A stretch of 64,000 bases of DNA from Candidatus Geohabitans tengchongensis (GCA_031459625.1 JAVKIH010000002.1:42958-106957), one strand, 5' to 3'; counted from the stretch's first letter, positions 29,284 to 38,452 are shown. Numbers and translations: made by a program. The notes: a model not told the origin generated them from the letters alone.

Positions 29284-30978
29284 TTACCGGACCCACCTCC
29301 AGCTCGGGGCGTTCCAGGTGACCGGCGTGTCAGCCCCCGTCGGGAGGAAGTTCTGGAGCCCGGCCTTGTGCCCGGTGTAGTCGGAGCGCAGGTAGAGCGG
29401 GATGACTGGGAGGTCCTCCACCCACAGCTCCTGCGCGCGCCGCAACATCGCCGCCCGCCGCCCCTCGTCCAGCTCCTCGGGCACGGCGTGGCAGATGCGC
29501 GTCACCTCGTCGTTCTTGTAGCCCGGGTAGTTCTGCCCCTCGCGCTTCTCGGGGGTGGGGATGGTGTCCCCCGTGTAGAGCCCCTCGCAGTCCGAGGTGG
29601 GGCTGAAGACCCAGGCGTACATGGCCAGGTCGAAGTCGCGCCGCGGCAGCGCGTCCCCGAAGTAGGCCCGCGCGGGCAGGTTGACGATGCGCACCTCGAC
29701 CCCCACGGCCCGCCACTGCGCCTGCAGGATCTGCTGCACCTGCTCCCGGGTGCGGTTGCCCGCCGTGGTGGTGAAGCGCAGCGAGAGGCGCTGGCCCCCC
29801 TTCTGCAGGATCCCGTCGGGCCCCGGGGTGTAGCCGGCCTCGGCCAGCAGCTGCCGGGCCCGGGCCGGGTCGAAGGCGTACTTCTTGACGTTCCGGTTGA
29901 AGCCGTAGTGCTTCTCCGGCAGGAAGGAGTGGGAGACGGGCTGCTTGCCCTGGAAGAGCTGCTGGACCAGCTCTTCGCGGTTGATGGCGTAGATCAGGGC
30001 GTGGCGCACCCGCTTGTCGCGCAGGTGGACGTTGTCCAGGTTCAGGTCGATGTGCTCCCAGATCAGGCCGGGCTCCGCCCGCAGGACCCAGTCGCGCCGG
30101 TTCTCCCGCTGCAGCCGCGCCTCCAGCTCCAGGCCCTGGACGAAGGGCACCGCCGTCTCGTCGAAGGCGTCCGCCGCACCGGAGAGGATGTTGGCGATGA
30201 TGGTGTTGGTGTCAGAGATGAACCGGTAGACGATGCGCCGCACGCCGCGCTCCTTGGGCAGGTACGGAGGCACTCCCTGCCAGTTCGGGTAGGCCTCCAC
30301 GGTGATGGACGAGCCCCTCTGCCACTCCCGCAGCACGTAGGGCCCGTTGCCGATGGTCGGCACGCCCGTGCCCCAGGCCTGGTCGAACCGGGCCGGGTTC
30401 TGCCGGAAGATCCGCTCGGTGGCGTGCTTGGGCAGGATGCCGGACCCCGCCGCGCCGAGGTTGGCGAAGGCGTACTTCTTCTTCCACTGCACCGTCATCT
30501 GGTAGGGGTTGGGGGCGAGGATGTTCTCCACGCGCTCGGCTACGTCGCGGCCGGCGGTGGGAAAGTCGGGGTGCATGTTCACGCGCCAGGCCCAGATCCA
30601 GTCCTGGGCGGTGACCGGCCGGCCGTCGTGCCAGGTGAACCCGCGCTTGATCCGCCAGGTCACCTGCATCTTGTCGCCGGGCAGCACCTTCCAGTCCCCG
30701 TCCTTGAGGTTGGGGATCTTCTCGGCCAGAATCGGGAAGTACTTCCACTCGTTGGTCATCCCGACCAGGTCGGTGAAGATCAGGGACCGGATGACCGAGG
30801 CCACGAACATCTGACAGGAGTCCGGCTGGGGTGCCAGACACGAGGGTTCCTGCTGGGTGAACAGGACCACGGTGTCCGGCCCCGTGGCCGGCCGTGCGGG
30901 CGCGGCTCCCACCAGCGTGGCGGTGCCGAAGGTCACCACCAGCGCCAGCAGGAGCGAAGACCACCTCCAGTGCCGCAT
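29284..30978 (-). CDS. Peptide ABC transporter substrate-binding protein, copy 2
   Basis: Signal peptide MRHWRWSSLLLAL, WHDGRPVTAQD, GNGPY, VRHALIYAINRE. Confidence 0.92.
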   Translation of the reverse strand: MRHWRWSSLLLALVVTFGTATLVGAAPARPATGPDTVVLFTQQEPSCLAPQPDSCQMFVASVIRSLIFTDLVGMTNEWKYFPILAEKIPNLKDGDWKVLPGDKMQVTWRIKRGFTWHDGRPVTAQDWIWAWRVNMHPDFPTAGRDVAERVENILAPNPYQMTVQWKKKYAFANLGAAGSGILPKHATERIFRQNPARFDQAWGTGVPTIGNGPYVLREWQRGSSITVEAYPNWQGVPPYLPKERGVRRIVYRFISDTNTIIANILSGAADAFDETAVPFVQGLELEARLQRENRRDWVLRAEPGLIWEHIDLNLDNVHLRDKRVRHALIYAINREELVQQLFQGKQPVSHSFLPEKHYGFNRNVKKYAFDPARARQLLAEAGYTPGPDGILQKGGQRLSLRFTTTAGNRTREQVQQILQAQWRAVGVEVRIVNLPARAYFGDALPRRDFDLAMYAWVFSPTSDCEGLYTGDTIPTPEKREGQNYPGYKNDEVTRICHAVPEELDEGRRAAMLRRAQELWVEDLPVIPLYLRSDYTGHKAGLQNFLPTGADTPVTWNAPSWRWVR

Positions 30979-31148
30979 GCACTCTCCCTCCTCTCTCCCG
31001 CCCCGGTCCGGGGCGGCGACGCGTCTCCTCCTCGTGGGTCTCTCCGTCTCCTCCCCGCGGTCACCTCCCTTCGCCGTTCCCGTCGTCAAAGGCCCCTGGC
31101 CGTTGACGCCCGTGGCCGGTCACGCCGTTGGTCGGTAACGCCGTACCG

Positions 31149-31565
31149 TCAGTGGAGGCCCCGGATCACCCAGTCGAGAGGACTAGGCGTGACCACCGCC
31201 TCCCGGGACGGACTCTGCTCCTCTCGGGGCGGCCCCACGTAGATCTCGTCACTGTGCTTGACGGGAGAGGTCACGGGGTGCGGCCGCCGGGCGGAGCCCC
31301 TCTCCAGACTGGAGGGGGCTGGCTGGCCAGGCTGAGCTACCGGCCGAGAAGGCGCTGCTCCCTTGGGCACCACCCGCTGGGCCTCCAGGAACCGCTGCAC
31401 GTCCACCCGCCGAACCCGGATCGTCCGACCCATCCGCACCGCCTCGAGTCGGCCTTCACGGATGTAGCGGTAGACGGTCAGGCGGTTGAGCTGGAGGTAG
31501 GCAGCCACCTGGGCTACGGTGAGCAGGTCCCCCTGGGTGGTAACACGCTCGGGCTTACGGGCCAT
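31149..31565 (-). CDS. Excisionase/MerR-like (HTH_17, BldC-like) DNA-binding protein with low-complexity C-terminal tail
   Basis: LLTVAQVAAYLQLNRLTVYRYIREGRLEAVRMGRTIRVRRVDVQRFL; GGAG before ATG. Confidence 0.88.
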   Translation of the reverse strand: MARKPERVTTQGDLLTVAQVAAYLQLNRLTVYRYIREGRLEAVRMGRTIRVRRVDVQRFLEAQRVVPKGAAPSRPVAQPGQPAPSSLERGSARRPHPVTSPVKHSDEIYVGPPREEQSPSREAVVTPSPLDWVIRGLH

Positions 31566-31575
31566 GGCGCTCTCC

Positions 31576-31630
31576 AGTATAGCGAGAACTTGACTCAAGT
31601 ATACAAGACCATAGTCTTGAGCCATCAAGT
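31576..31630 (-). promoter_or_regulatory. AT-rich promoter/operator block upstream of the HTH gene
   Basis: Two TTGnnn-19nt-TATACT arrangements; inverted repeats ACTTGA-c-TCAAGT, CAAGAC-n4-GTCTTG and CTTGA-n4-TCAAG. Confidence 0.65.
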
Positions 31631-31740
31631 CCTACGGACCCGGGCCTCCCGAAGTTCCACCCTCCGACTTCAGGAAAGCCACGGATGGGGGCATCCGCTC
31701 GCATCCGCTTTCGAGGTCCCCTTTGGGGGAACCCCCGCCA

Positions 31741-32892
31741 TCACCCGGAGCGCAGTCGCGGGTCGAAGGCATCCCGCAGCCCATCCCCCAGGAAGTTGTA
31801 GGCCACGACCGCCAGGACGATGAACACCCCCGGCAAGAGTAGCCAGGGCGACCGGGAGAGGTTGATCAGGTTGGTGCCGGCCGTGAGCAGGTTGCCCCAG
31901 GAGGCACAGGGTTCCCGCACCCCGAACCCCAGGAAGCTTAGCCCCGACTCCCCCAGGATGGCCCCGGGGATCGACAGGGTGGCCACCACGAGGACCAGGG
32001 AGGCCGTATTGGGCAGGATGTGGCGCAGGATGATACCCAGGTCGTCCCGCCCCAGGGCCCGGGCGGCCAGGACGAACTCCCGCTCCTTCAGGGAGAGGAC
32101 GTAGCCACGGATCAGCCGGGAGAACCCCGTCCACCCAAGGAAGCTCAGGATGATGACGATGAGGTAGAAGCGGGTGGTGCACCCCACGTTGGTGGGGAGG
32201 ATGGCGCTGAGGGTGATCAGCAGGTAGAAGCCAGGCAGGGCGATGATGGCCTCGACGACGCGCATCATGATGTTGTCCACCCGCCCGCCGTAGTAGCCGG
32301 CGATCCCGCCGTAGACCATGCCGATGGGGATGGTGATGGAGACGACCATGATGCCGATGAGCAGGGAGACCCGGGAGCCGTAGAGGATGCGGCTGAAGAG
32401 GTCCCGCCCGAACTGGTCGGTGCCCATGAGGAAGATGCGCCCCGGCTCCTCCACCCCGAAGAGGTGCACCCGGGTGGGGATGATCCACAGCAGGCGGTAG
32501 GGCTCGCCCTGCACAAAGAACCGCACCGGGTACCGCCGGGAGGTGTCCGGCCGGTAGATGCGCAGCTGCGGGTCGACCAGCGTCGTGGCGTAGACGAACG
32601 GCCGCAGGTGGATGCGCCCCTCGGCGTCGACGAAGCGCGGCAGGATGGGCGGGTGGAAGAAGCGGTTGCGATCGGTGAAGTCGAGCGGGTAGGGGGCGAG
32701 GAATTCCGCGAAGAGCATCATCGTGTAGAGGACGGCCAGGATCCCCAACCCCACCATGGCCACGCGGTGCTTGCGCAGCTGCCGCCAGGCCAGCTCCCCG
32801 GGGGTCCGCCGGATCACCCGCGCCGCCTCCGTCGTCGCCAGGCCGGTCAGGGGCAGCGGGCGCGAGCGGGCGGGGACGCGGGCGCTAGTCAT
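31741..32892 (-). CDS. Peptide ABC permease (OppC-like) with long periplasmic insertion
   Basis: MGTDQFGRDLFSR, FVLAARALG, ESGLSFLGFG, GDGLRDAFDP. Confidence 0.92.
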   Translation of the reverse strand: MTSARVPARSRPLPLTGLATTEAARVIRRTPGELAWRQLRKHRVAMVGLGILAVLYTMMLFAEFLAPYPLDFTDRNRFFHPPILPRFVDAEGRIHLRPFVYATTLVDPQLRIYRPDTSRRYPVRFFVQGEPYRLLWIIPTRVHLFGVEEPGRIFLMGTDQFGRDLFSRILYGSRVSLLIGIMVVSITIPIGMVYGGIAGYYGGRVDNIMMRVVEAIIALPGFYLLITLSAILPTNVGCTTRFYLIVIILSFLGWTGFSRLIRGYVLSLKEREFVLAARALGRDDLGIILRHILPNTASLVLVVATLSIPGAILGESGLSFLGFGVREPCASWGNLLTAGTNLINLSRSPWLLLPGVFIVLAVVAYNFLGDGLRDAFDPRLRSG

Positions 32893-33850
32893 AGCGGATC
32901 CGCGGGTCGGCCACCGCCAGGAGGAGGTCGGCGATCAGGTTCCCCAGGATGAGCGTCACACTGCCGAGCAGCAGCGCCCCCATGACGACGTAGAGGTCCT
33001 TGCGCACCACCGACTCCAGGATGAGCTGGCCCAGCCCCGGCCAGCCGACCACGTTCTCCAGGATCGCCGAGCCCGAGAGCAGCGCGCCAATCTCGAAGCC
33101 GAAGATCGTGATGAGGGGGTTGATGGCGTTACGCACGGCGTGCTTGTAGGTCACCGGCCGGTCAGCCAGCCCCTTGGCCCGGGCGGTGCGCACGTAGTCC
33201 TGGCGTAGCACCTCCAGCAGGTTGGCCCGCATCTGCCGCATCAGTCCCGCCGCCGCGCCGAAGGCCAGCACCGTGGCGGGGACGAGCATGTGCCGGGCCA
33301 CGTCCAGGACCTTCCCGTACCACGGGAGGGTGTCGTACTCGATGGAGGTCATGCCGCCGATGGGCAGCCAGCCCGTGACGAAGGCCAGGTAGAGCAGCAG
33401 CAGCCCGGAGAAGAAGGTCGGCGTGGAGATCCCCAGGTAGGCCACCATGGACAGCGCGTTGTCGGACCAGGAGTACTGGCGGGTGGCGGCGTGGATGCCG
33501 ATGGGGATGGCGATGAGCCAGGCCAGGACCAGCGCCCCCAGGTTGAGGATGAGGGTGTTGAGGAGGCGGCTGCCCAGCAGCCAGCTCACCGGCACGTGGT
33601 AGGCGAAGGAGTAGCCGAAGTCGAAGTGCAGCACCGACCACAGCCACTTCAGGTACTGGATGTGCACCGGCTGGTCCAGCCCCAGGTTGCGGCGCATCTC
33701 CTCGACCACCGCCGGGTCCACCACCGGGTTGAGGCGGATCTCCGCCAGAAAGTCCCCCGGGGAGAGGTGGATGACGATGAAGGAGATGAGGGTCACCCCG
33801 AAGAGCAGGGGGACCATGTGGAACAGGCGGCGGACGATGTAGCGCAGCAT
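32885..33850 (-). CDS. Peptide ABC permease (OppB-like)
   Basis: SPGD, DFGYSF, DYVRTARAKG, WPGLG, DPRIRY. Confidence 0.93.
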   Translation of the reverse strand: MLRYIVRRLFHMVPLLFGVTLISFIVIHLSPGDFLAEIRLNPVVDPAVVEEMRRNLGLDQPVHIQYLKWLWSVLHFDFGYSFAYHVPVSWLLGSRLLNTLILNLGALVLAWLIAIPIGIHAATRQYSWSDNALSMVAYLGISTPTFFSGLLLLYLAFVTGWLPIGGMTSIEYDTLPWYGKVLDVARHMLVPATVLAFGAAAGLMRQMRANLLEVLRQDYVRTARAKGLADRPVTYKHAVRNAINPLITIFGFEIGALLSGSAILENVVGWPGLGQLILESVVRKDLYVVMGALLLGSVTLILGNLIADLLLAVADPRIRYD

Positions 33851-33857
33851 GGGGGGT

Positions 33858-33893
33858 GCCCGGGGGCGAGGTCGCCGTGCCTCGCCCCCGGGC
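33858..33893 (-). terminator. GC-rich stem-loop between binding-protein and permease genes
   Basis: GCCCGGGGGCGAGG-n8-CCTCGCCCCCGGGC, perfect 14-bp stem. Confidence 0.7.
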
Positions 33894-33903
33894 GGTCACC
33901 GGC

Positions 33904-35670
33904 CTACGGGCGGTACGCGCCCTTGAAGTAGCGCGTGTCCAGCTCGCCTGTGACACCCTGCAGGCCCAGCTTGACGTTGCCGATGGTGTTACGCAGCGCC
34001 GGCTGGGTCTTGACGTAGGGGAAGTAGAGCATCGGCAGGTTCTCGTAGACGACCTCCTGGAAGCGGGCCAGGATGGCCTTGCGCTTGTTCTGGTCCACCT
34101 CGGTCCCGCACTGCTCGAAGAGCCGGTCCACCTCGGCCTCCCACGCCGTGGCCGGCTGCTTCTGGTTGGGGTTCCACATGTGCAGGTCGCCCGAGCTCAG
34201 CCACAGGTTGCGGGCAGTGCAGGGTTCGATGCCGCCGGTGAAGCCGATGATGATGGCCTCCCAGTTGTAGGTCCCGGTCAGCTTGCTCACCAGGGACGGG
34301 AAGGCCTCCGTGGTGAAGGTGGCGCGGATGCCCAGCTTGACGAAGTCCTGCCGGACGATGTTGCCGATGGCCTCGCGGTCCTGGTTGCCGGCGTTGGTGA
34401 CGATGGTGAACTCGACGACGTTGCCCTGCGCGTCGCGCAGCACCCCGTCGGGCCCCTTGCGGTAGCCGGCCTCGGCCAACAGCTGCTGGGCCCGGTTCAG
34501 GTCATAGGGATACGGGCGCAGGTTGCGGTTGTAGTAGAGCGTGTTACCCACGCTGACGTCGCTGGTGGGCGGTGTGGCCCGGCCGGCGTAGACCTGGTTG
34601 ATGATCGTCTGCTGGTCGATGGCGTGGGCCAGGGCCCGGCGGAAGCGCACGTCGGAGAACCAGGCCACCTTCGTCTTGCTGATGGGGGCGTTGGGGTTCT
34701 GGTTCAAGACCAGGAACTCCCGGGTGAAGGTCTCCGGGCCGTCGTAGATGGTGAAGTTGTGCTGGCGCTCCAGCGCCTTCAGCTCGGCGAACTCCCGGGG
34801 CCGCGCGCCATACGCGTCGGTCTCCCGGGCCAGGAACTTCAGGCGGGCCGCCTCCGTGTTGGGCACGACCAGGATGACGTAGCGGGTCAGGTAGGGGAGG
34901 CGCTGCCCCTGCCGGTCCACCTTCCAGTAGCGGGTGTTCCGCAGCATGATCACCCGCTGGCCGGGGGTGTAGGACTGGAGGACGAAGGGCCCGCTCCCCA
35001 CGATGTCCCGAGGGTTGGCGTTGATGCCCCAGGACTGGGTGAACTGCTGTCCGCCCGCGTTCAGCGCCGCCTCGAGCTTGTGCTTGGGCACGATGGGGAA
35101 GCCGATGAACCGCAGGAAGAGTCCCACCGGGGGCTGGTTGCGCGGGGTCATGAACTGGATGCGGCGGCGGTCCAGCACGCGCCAGCGGACGGGCTCCCCG
35201 CGGAAGGTCAGCAGGTTCCTGAAGCTGTTGTCCACGCCCGGGGTGAAGATCGCCTTGGCGCTGAACTCCACGTCCGCCGTGGTGAGCGGCTGACCGTCCG
35301 ACCAGACGATCCCCTCCCGGAGGGTAAAGGTCCAGGTGCGCCCGTCCGGGCTGACGCTCCAGGACTCCGCCAGCGAGGGTTCGATCTCCCCGGTGAGGTA
35401 GTTCTGCTCGACGAGCCCATCCGCGAACGCCCCCGTGACCGCCCCTGAGGCGGTGTCCTGCACGACGATGGGGTTGAAGGTCCGGGGGTCGGAGATCTGG
35501 GAGATGATGTACGTCCCGCCGTACTTCCCGATCTCCGGCGCCCGCATGTTCACCCCGGGGTTCGGGATCCCGGGGAGGCTGAAGCGGGGCGCCGGGGCGG
35601 CTGCACTCAGCGCCGCGGTCGTCCCGGCCAGGACGAACGCCACGAGCAGAGCCAGTGCACTCCTCCGCAT
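33904..35670 (-). CDS. Family 5 ABC substrate-binding protein, copy 1 (different subfamily from copies 2-4)
   Basis: Signal peptide, GKYGG, DPRTFNP, WSDGQPLTTADVEFS, GSGPF, FRRALAHAID. Confidence 0.92.
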   Translation of the reverse strand: MRRSALALLVAFVLAGTTAALSAAAPAPRFSLPGIPNPGVNMRAPEIGKYGGTYIISQISDPRTFNPIVVQDTASGAVTGAFADGLVEQNYLTGEIEPSLAESWSVSPDGRTWTFTLREGIVWSDGQPLTTADVEFSAKAIFTPGVDNSFRNLLTFRGEPVRWRVLDRRRIQFMTPRNQPPVGLFLRFIGFPIVPKHKLEAALNAGGQQFTQSWGINANPRDIVGSGPFVLQSYTPGQRVIMLRNTRYWKVDRQGQRLPYLTRYVILVVPNTEAARLKFLARETDAYGARPREFAELKALERQHNFTIYDGPETFTREFLVLNQNPNAPISKTKVAWFSDVRFRRALAHAIDQQTIINQVYAGRATPPTSDVSVGNTLYYNRNLRPYPYDLNRAQQLLAEAGYRKGPDGVLRDAQGNVVEFTIVTNAGNQDREAIGNIVRQDFVKLGIRATFTTEAFPSLVSKLTGTYNWEAIIIGFTGGIEPCTARNLWLSSGDLHMWNPNQKQPATAWEAEVDRLFEQCGTEVDQNKRKAILARFQEVVYENLPMLYFPYVKTQPALRNTIGNVKLGLQGVTGELDTRYFKGAYRP

Positions 35671-35845
35671 CCTCCTCCCTCCTACGACGGCCGGTGCCGT
35701 CCCGGTCTCTTGCCGAACCGTGGCGACCGGACGCGGGCCCGTCGACGGGCCCAGCCCGGCTCCCTGCGTGTACTCGAGATTATCGTCGTACATCCTAGAG
35801 CATTCGAGTATTCCTCGGGTCGGCCGGTGACCCCTTCTCCCAGCC

Positions 35846-38035
35846 TCAAGGGGTCTGGATCACCTCCAGGGGGGCATAGCCGGCGGCCAGGCGCTTGACC
35901 CCGGCGGCGAACTGGACGGTGATCACCGCCAGGACCCCCTCCCCCTCCACCTCCAGGACCCGGCCGTCCCCAAAGGTGGCGTGGCGCACCAGGGAGCCGG
36001 TCGGGGGCACGACCACGCGCCGGGCCTCCTCCGCCCAGGCCAGGGGCCCGGGCGGTTCCTCCTCACCGGCCGGGCGGGGGGTGGCGGCCGGGCGCAGCAG
36101 GGACTGGGGGACCTCGTCCAGGAAGCGGGAAGGGATGGCCGGCTGGGGGGTGCCGAAGAGGGTGCGCTGGCGGCTGTAGGTCAGGTAGAGACGCTCCCTG
36201 GCCCGGGTCATCCCCACGTAGCAGAGGCGCCGCTCCTCCTCCAGCCCGCCCTCCTCCTCCAGGCTGCGGGCGTGGGGGAAGATCCCCTCCTCCATCCCCA
36301 CCAGGAAGACGATGGGGAACTCCAGCCCCTTGGCGCTGTGGAGGGTCATCAGCGTCACCCGATCGGCCTGCTCCTGCCAGGTGTCCACGTCGGTGATGAG
36401 CGCCAGGTGTTGGAGGAAGGCCTCGAGGGTCTCCTCTCCGGTGACCTGCTCGAACTCGCGCGCCACCGTGACCAGCTCGCGCAGGTTCTCCAGCCGGGAG
36501 TAGGCCTCGTCGGTCCCTTCCGCCTCGAGCATGGCCTGGTAGCCGGTCTCGACGATGGTCTGCTCGATCAGGTCGCTGACCCGGACGCGGCCGGCGCGGT
36601 CCCGGATGCGCTCCACGATCCCGAGGAACTCCCCCGCCGCCCGGACGACCGGCCGGGGCAGCTCGGCCAGGGCCTCGGGGGCGGCCATGGCCTCGAGCAC
36701 CGTCATCCCGTGCGCCGCCGCGTAGGCCTCCAGGCGGGCCAGGGAGACCTCGCCGATGCCACGGCGGGGCGTGTTCACCACCCGCCGCAAGCTGCCCAGG
36801 TCCTGGGGGTTCAGGGCCAGCCGCAGGTAGGCCAGGAGGTCCTTGACCTCCTTGCGCTCGTAGAAGCGCACCCCGCCCACCACCTGGTAGGGGATGCCGG
36901 CGCGCAGGCACTGCTCCTCGAAGAGGCGGGACTGGGCGTTGGTGCGGTAGAGGACGACGACGTCGCGGTAGGGGCGGCCGGCCGCGGCCTCCCGGCGAAT
37001 GACATCGACGACGAAGCGGGCCTCGTCGTGCCCGTCGTAGGCCTCGTACACCTGCACCGGCTCCCCCTCGGGGTTGGCCGTCCACAGGCGCTTCTCGTGG
37101 CGGTGGGGGTTGTGGCGGATGACCTCGGTGGCGGCCGCCAGGATCGTCTTCGTCGAGCGGTAGTTCTGCTCGAGCTTGACGATGGTGGCGTCCGGGTAGT
37201 CGCGCTCGAAGTCGAGGATGTTCCTGATGTCGGCCCCGCGCCACCGGTAGATCGACTGGTCGTCGTCCCCCACCACGCACAGGTTGCGGTGACGGGCGGC
37301 CAGCGCGCGGACGATCCGGTACTGCGCGCGGTTGGTGTCCTGGTACTCGTCCACCAGGATGTGCAGGAAGCGTTCCTGGTACTCGCGCAGGACCTCGGGC
37401 GCCTCCTCGAAGAGGCGCAGCGTCTCCAGCAGCAGGTCGTCGAAGTCGACGGCGCCCCGCTCCCGCAGGGCCGCCTGGTAGGCGGCGTAGACCTTGCCGG
37501 CGATCTCCTCGTAGAGGTTCTCCGCCCGGGCGGCGTACTCCGCCGGCCCCAGCATCTCGTCCTTGGCCTTGCCGATCATGCCCAGCAGAAGCGCCGGCGG
37601 GAAGCGCCGTTCGTCCAGCCCCAGCGCGCCCAGCACCTCGCGGACCAGCGTTCGCTGGTCGTCCGCGTCGTAGACGACGAAGTGGCGGGGCAGCCCCACC
37701 CGCTCGCCGTGGCGCCGCAGCAGGCGGCTGCAGAGGTGGTGGAAGGTGCCGATCCAGATGGCCCGTCCGACGGCACTGCCCACCAGGCGGTCCACCCGCT
37801 CGCGCATCTCGTTGGCCGCCTTGTTGGTGAAGGTCACGGCCAGGATGCGACCGGGCCGCACCTCGCGGACCCGGATCAGGTGGGCGATACGGTAGGCCAG
37901 GACCCGGGTCTTCCCCGAGCCGGCACCGGCCAGGATGAGCAGCGGGCCTCCCGGGTGCTCGACCGCCTGGCGCTGGGGCGGGTTGAGGCCGGCCAGCAGA
38001 CCGTCGCCGCGTGTCATCCAACGCTCACCGGCCAC
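35846..38035 (-). CDS. pcrA: ATP-dependent DNA helicase PcrA/UvrD (alternative start 38017)
   Basis: AGAGSGKT, TFTNKAA, VDEYQDTN, VGDDDQSIY, LEQNYRS, HSAKGLEF, EERRLCYVGMTRA. Confidence 0.97.
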   Translation of the reverse strand: MAGERWMTRGDGLLAGLNPPQRQAVEHPGGPLLILAGAGSGKTRVLAYRIAHLIRVREVRPGRILAVTFTNKAANEMRERVDRLVGSAVGRAIWIGTFHHLCSRLLRRHGERVGLPRHFVVYDADDQRTLVREVLGALGLDERRFPPALLLGMIGKAKDEMLGPAEYAARAENLYEEIAGKVYAAYQAALRERGAVDFDDLLLETLRLFEEAPEVLREYQERFLHILVDEYQDTNRAQYRIVRALAARHRNLCVVGDDDQSIYRWRGADIRNILDFERDYPDATIVKLEQNYRSTKTILAAATEVIRHNPHRHEKRLWTANPEGEPVQVYEAYDGHDEARFVVDVIRREAAAGRPYRDVVVLYRTNAQSRLFEEQCLRAGIPYQVVGGVRFYERKEVKDLLAYLRLALNPQDLGSLRRVVNTPRRGIGEVSLARLEAYAAAHGMTVLEAMAAPEALAELPRPVVRAAGEFLGIVERIRDRAGRVRVSDLIEQTIVETGYQAMLEAEGTDEAYSRLENLRELVTVAREFEQVTGEETLEAFLQHLALITDVDTWQEQADRVTLMTLHSAKGLEFPIVFLVGMEEGIFPHARSLEEEGGLEEERRLCYVGMTRARERLYLTYSRQRTLFGTPQPAIPSRFLDEVPQSLLRPAATPRPAGEEEPPGPLAWAEEARRVVVPPTGSLVRHATFGDGRVLEVEGEGVLAVITVQFAAGVKRLAAGYAPLEVIQTP

Positions 38036-38091
38036 ATCGGCGCGAGCACGACGCGGCTACGGGCGGCGCCGTGGTGCGCTCGAGGCGGAGA

Positions 38092-38215
38092 TCAGGTCTG
38101 GACGAGGGGGACGCCATACGCCTCGAAATGGCGGTCAGCCGTCAGGATCGTCAGCCCTTCCAGCGGCGCTGGCGCGATCAGGAGCCGGTCGAATGGATCA
38201 CTGGGCGCGGGGGCA
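38092..38215 (-). pseudogene. C-terminal remnant of a VapC/PIN toxin
   Basis: DPFDRLLIAPAPLEGLTILTADRHFEAYGV*; N-terminal two-thirds absent. Confidence 0.85.
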
Positions 38216-38452
38216 GGCCCGCCACGTGAAGGCTGTGGCGACTTCCTGGGGCAGAGGCTCATCGAACGTTTCTTCGATCGCCACCAGGCCCGCATCGAGG
38301 CCCAACCGCCGCATCCCTGCCGATTCGGCCGTCACCGGCACCAGGCGGGCGACGGGAATCCCTCGGGTGATGACGACCGCCCCACCCCGGACCACCCGTC
38401 GGATGAGCCGGGAAAGGTGCGTCTTGGCCTCGTGGATCGTCACGGGAGCCAC
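38198..38452 (-). CDS. Phd/YefM-family antitoxin (possibly degenerating)
   Basis: VTIHEAKTHLSRLI, VVITRGIPVARLVP, FDEPLP. Confidence 0.85.
   Translation of the reverse strand: MAPVTIHEAKTHLSRLIRRVVRGGAVVITRGIPVARLVPVTAESAGMRRLGLDAGLVAIEETFDEPLPQEVATAFTWRACPRAQ

Noticed and set aside
31149..31565. Excisionase-like gene as evidence of a prophage/ICE
   Set aside because: No integrase, phage genes, tRNA or att repeats nearby; flanked by host transporter genes
35771..35810. TACTCGA...TCGAGTA inverted repeat around a GATAAT -10 candidate upstream of SBP copy 1
   Set aside because: Arms are only 7 nt with a 26-nt gap; plausible promoter region but too weak to call an operator
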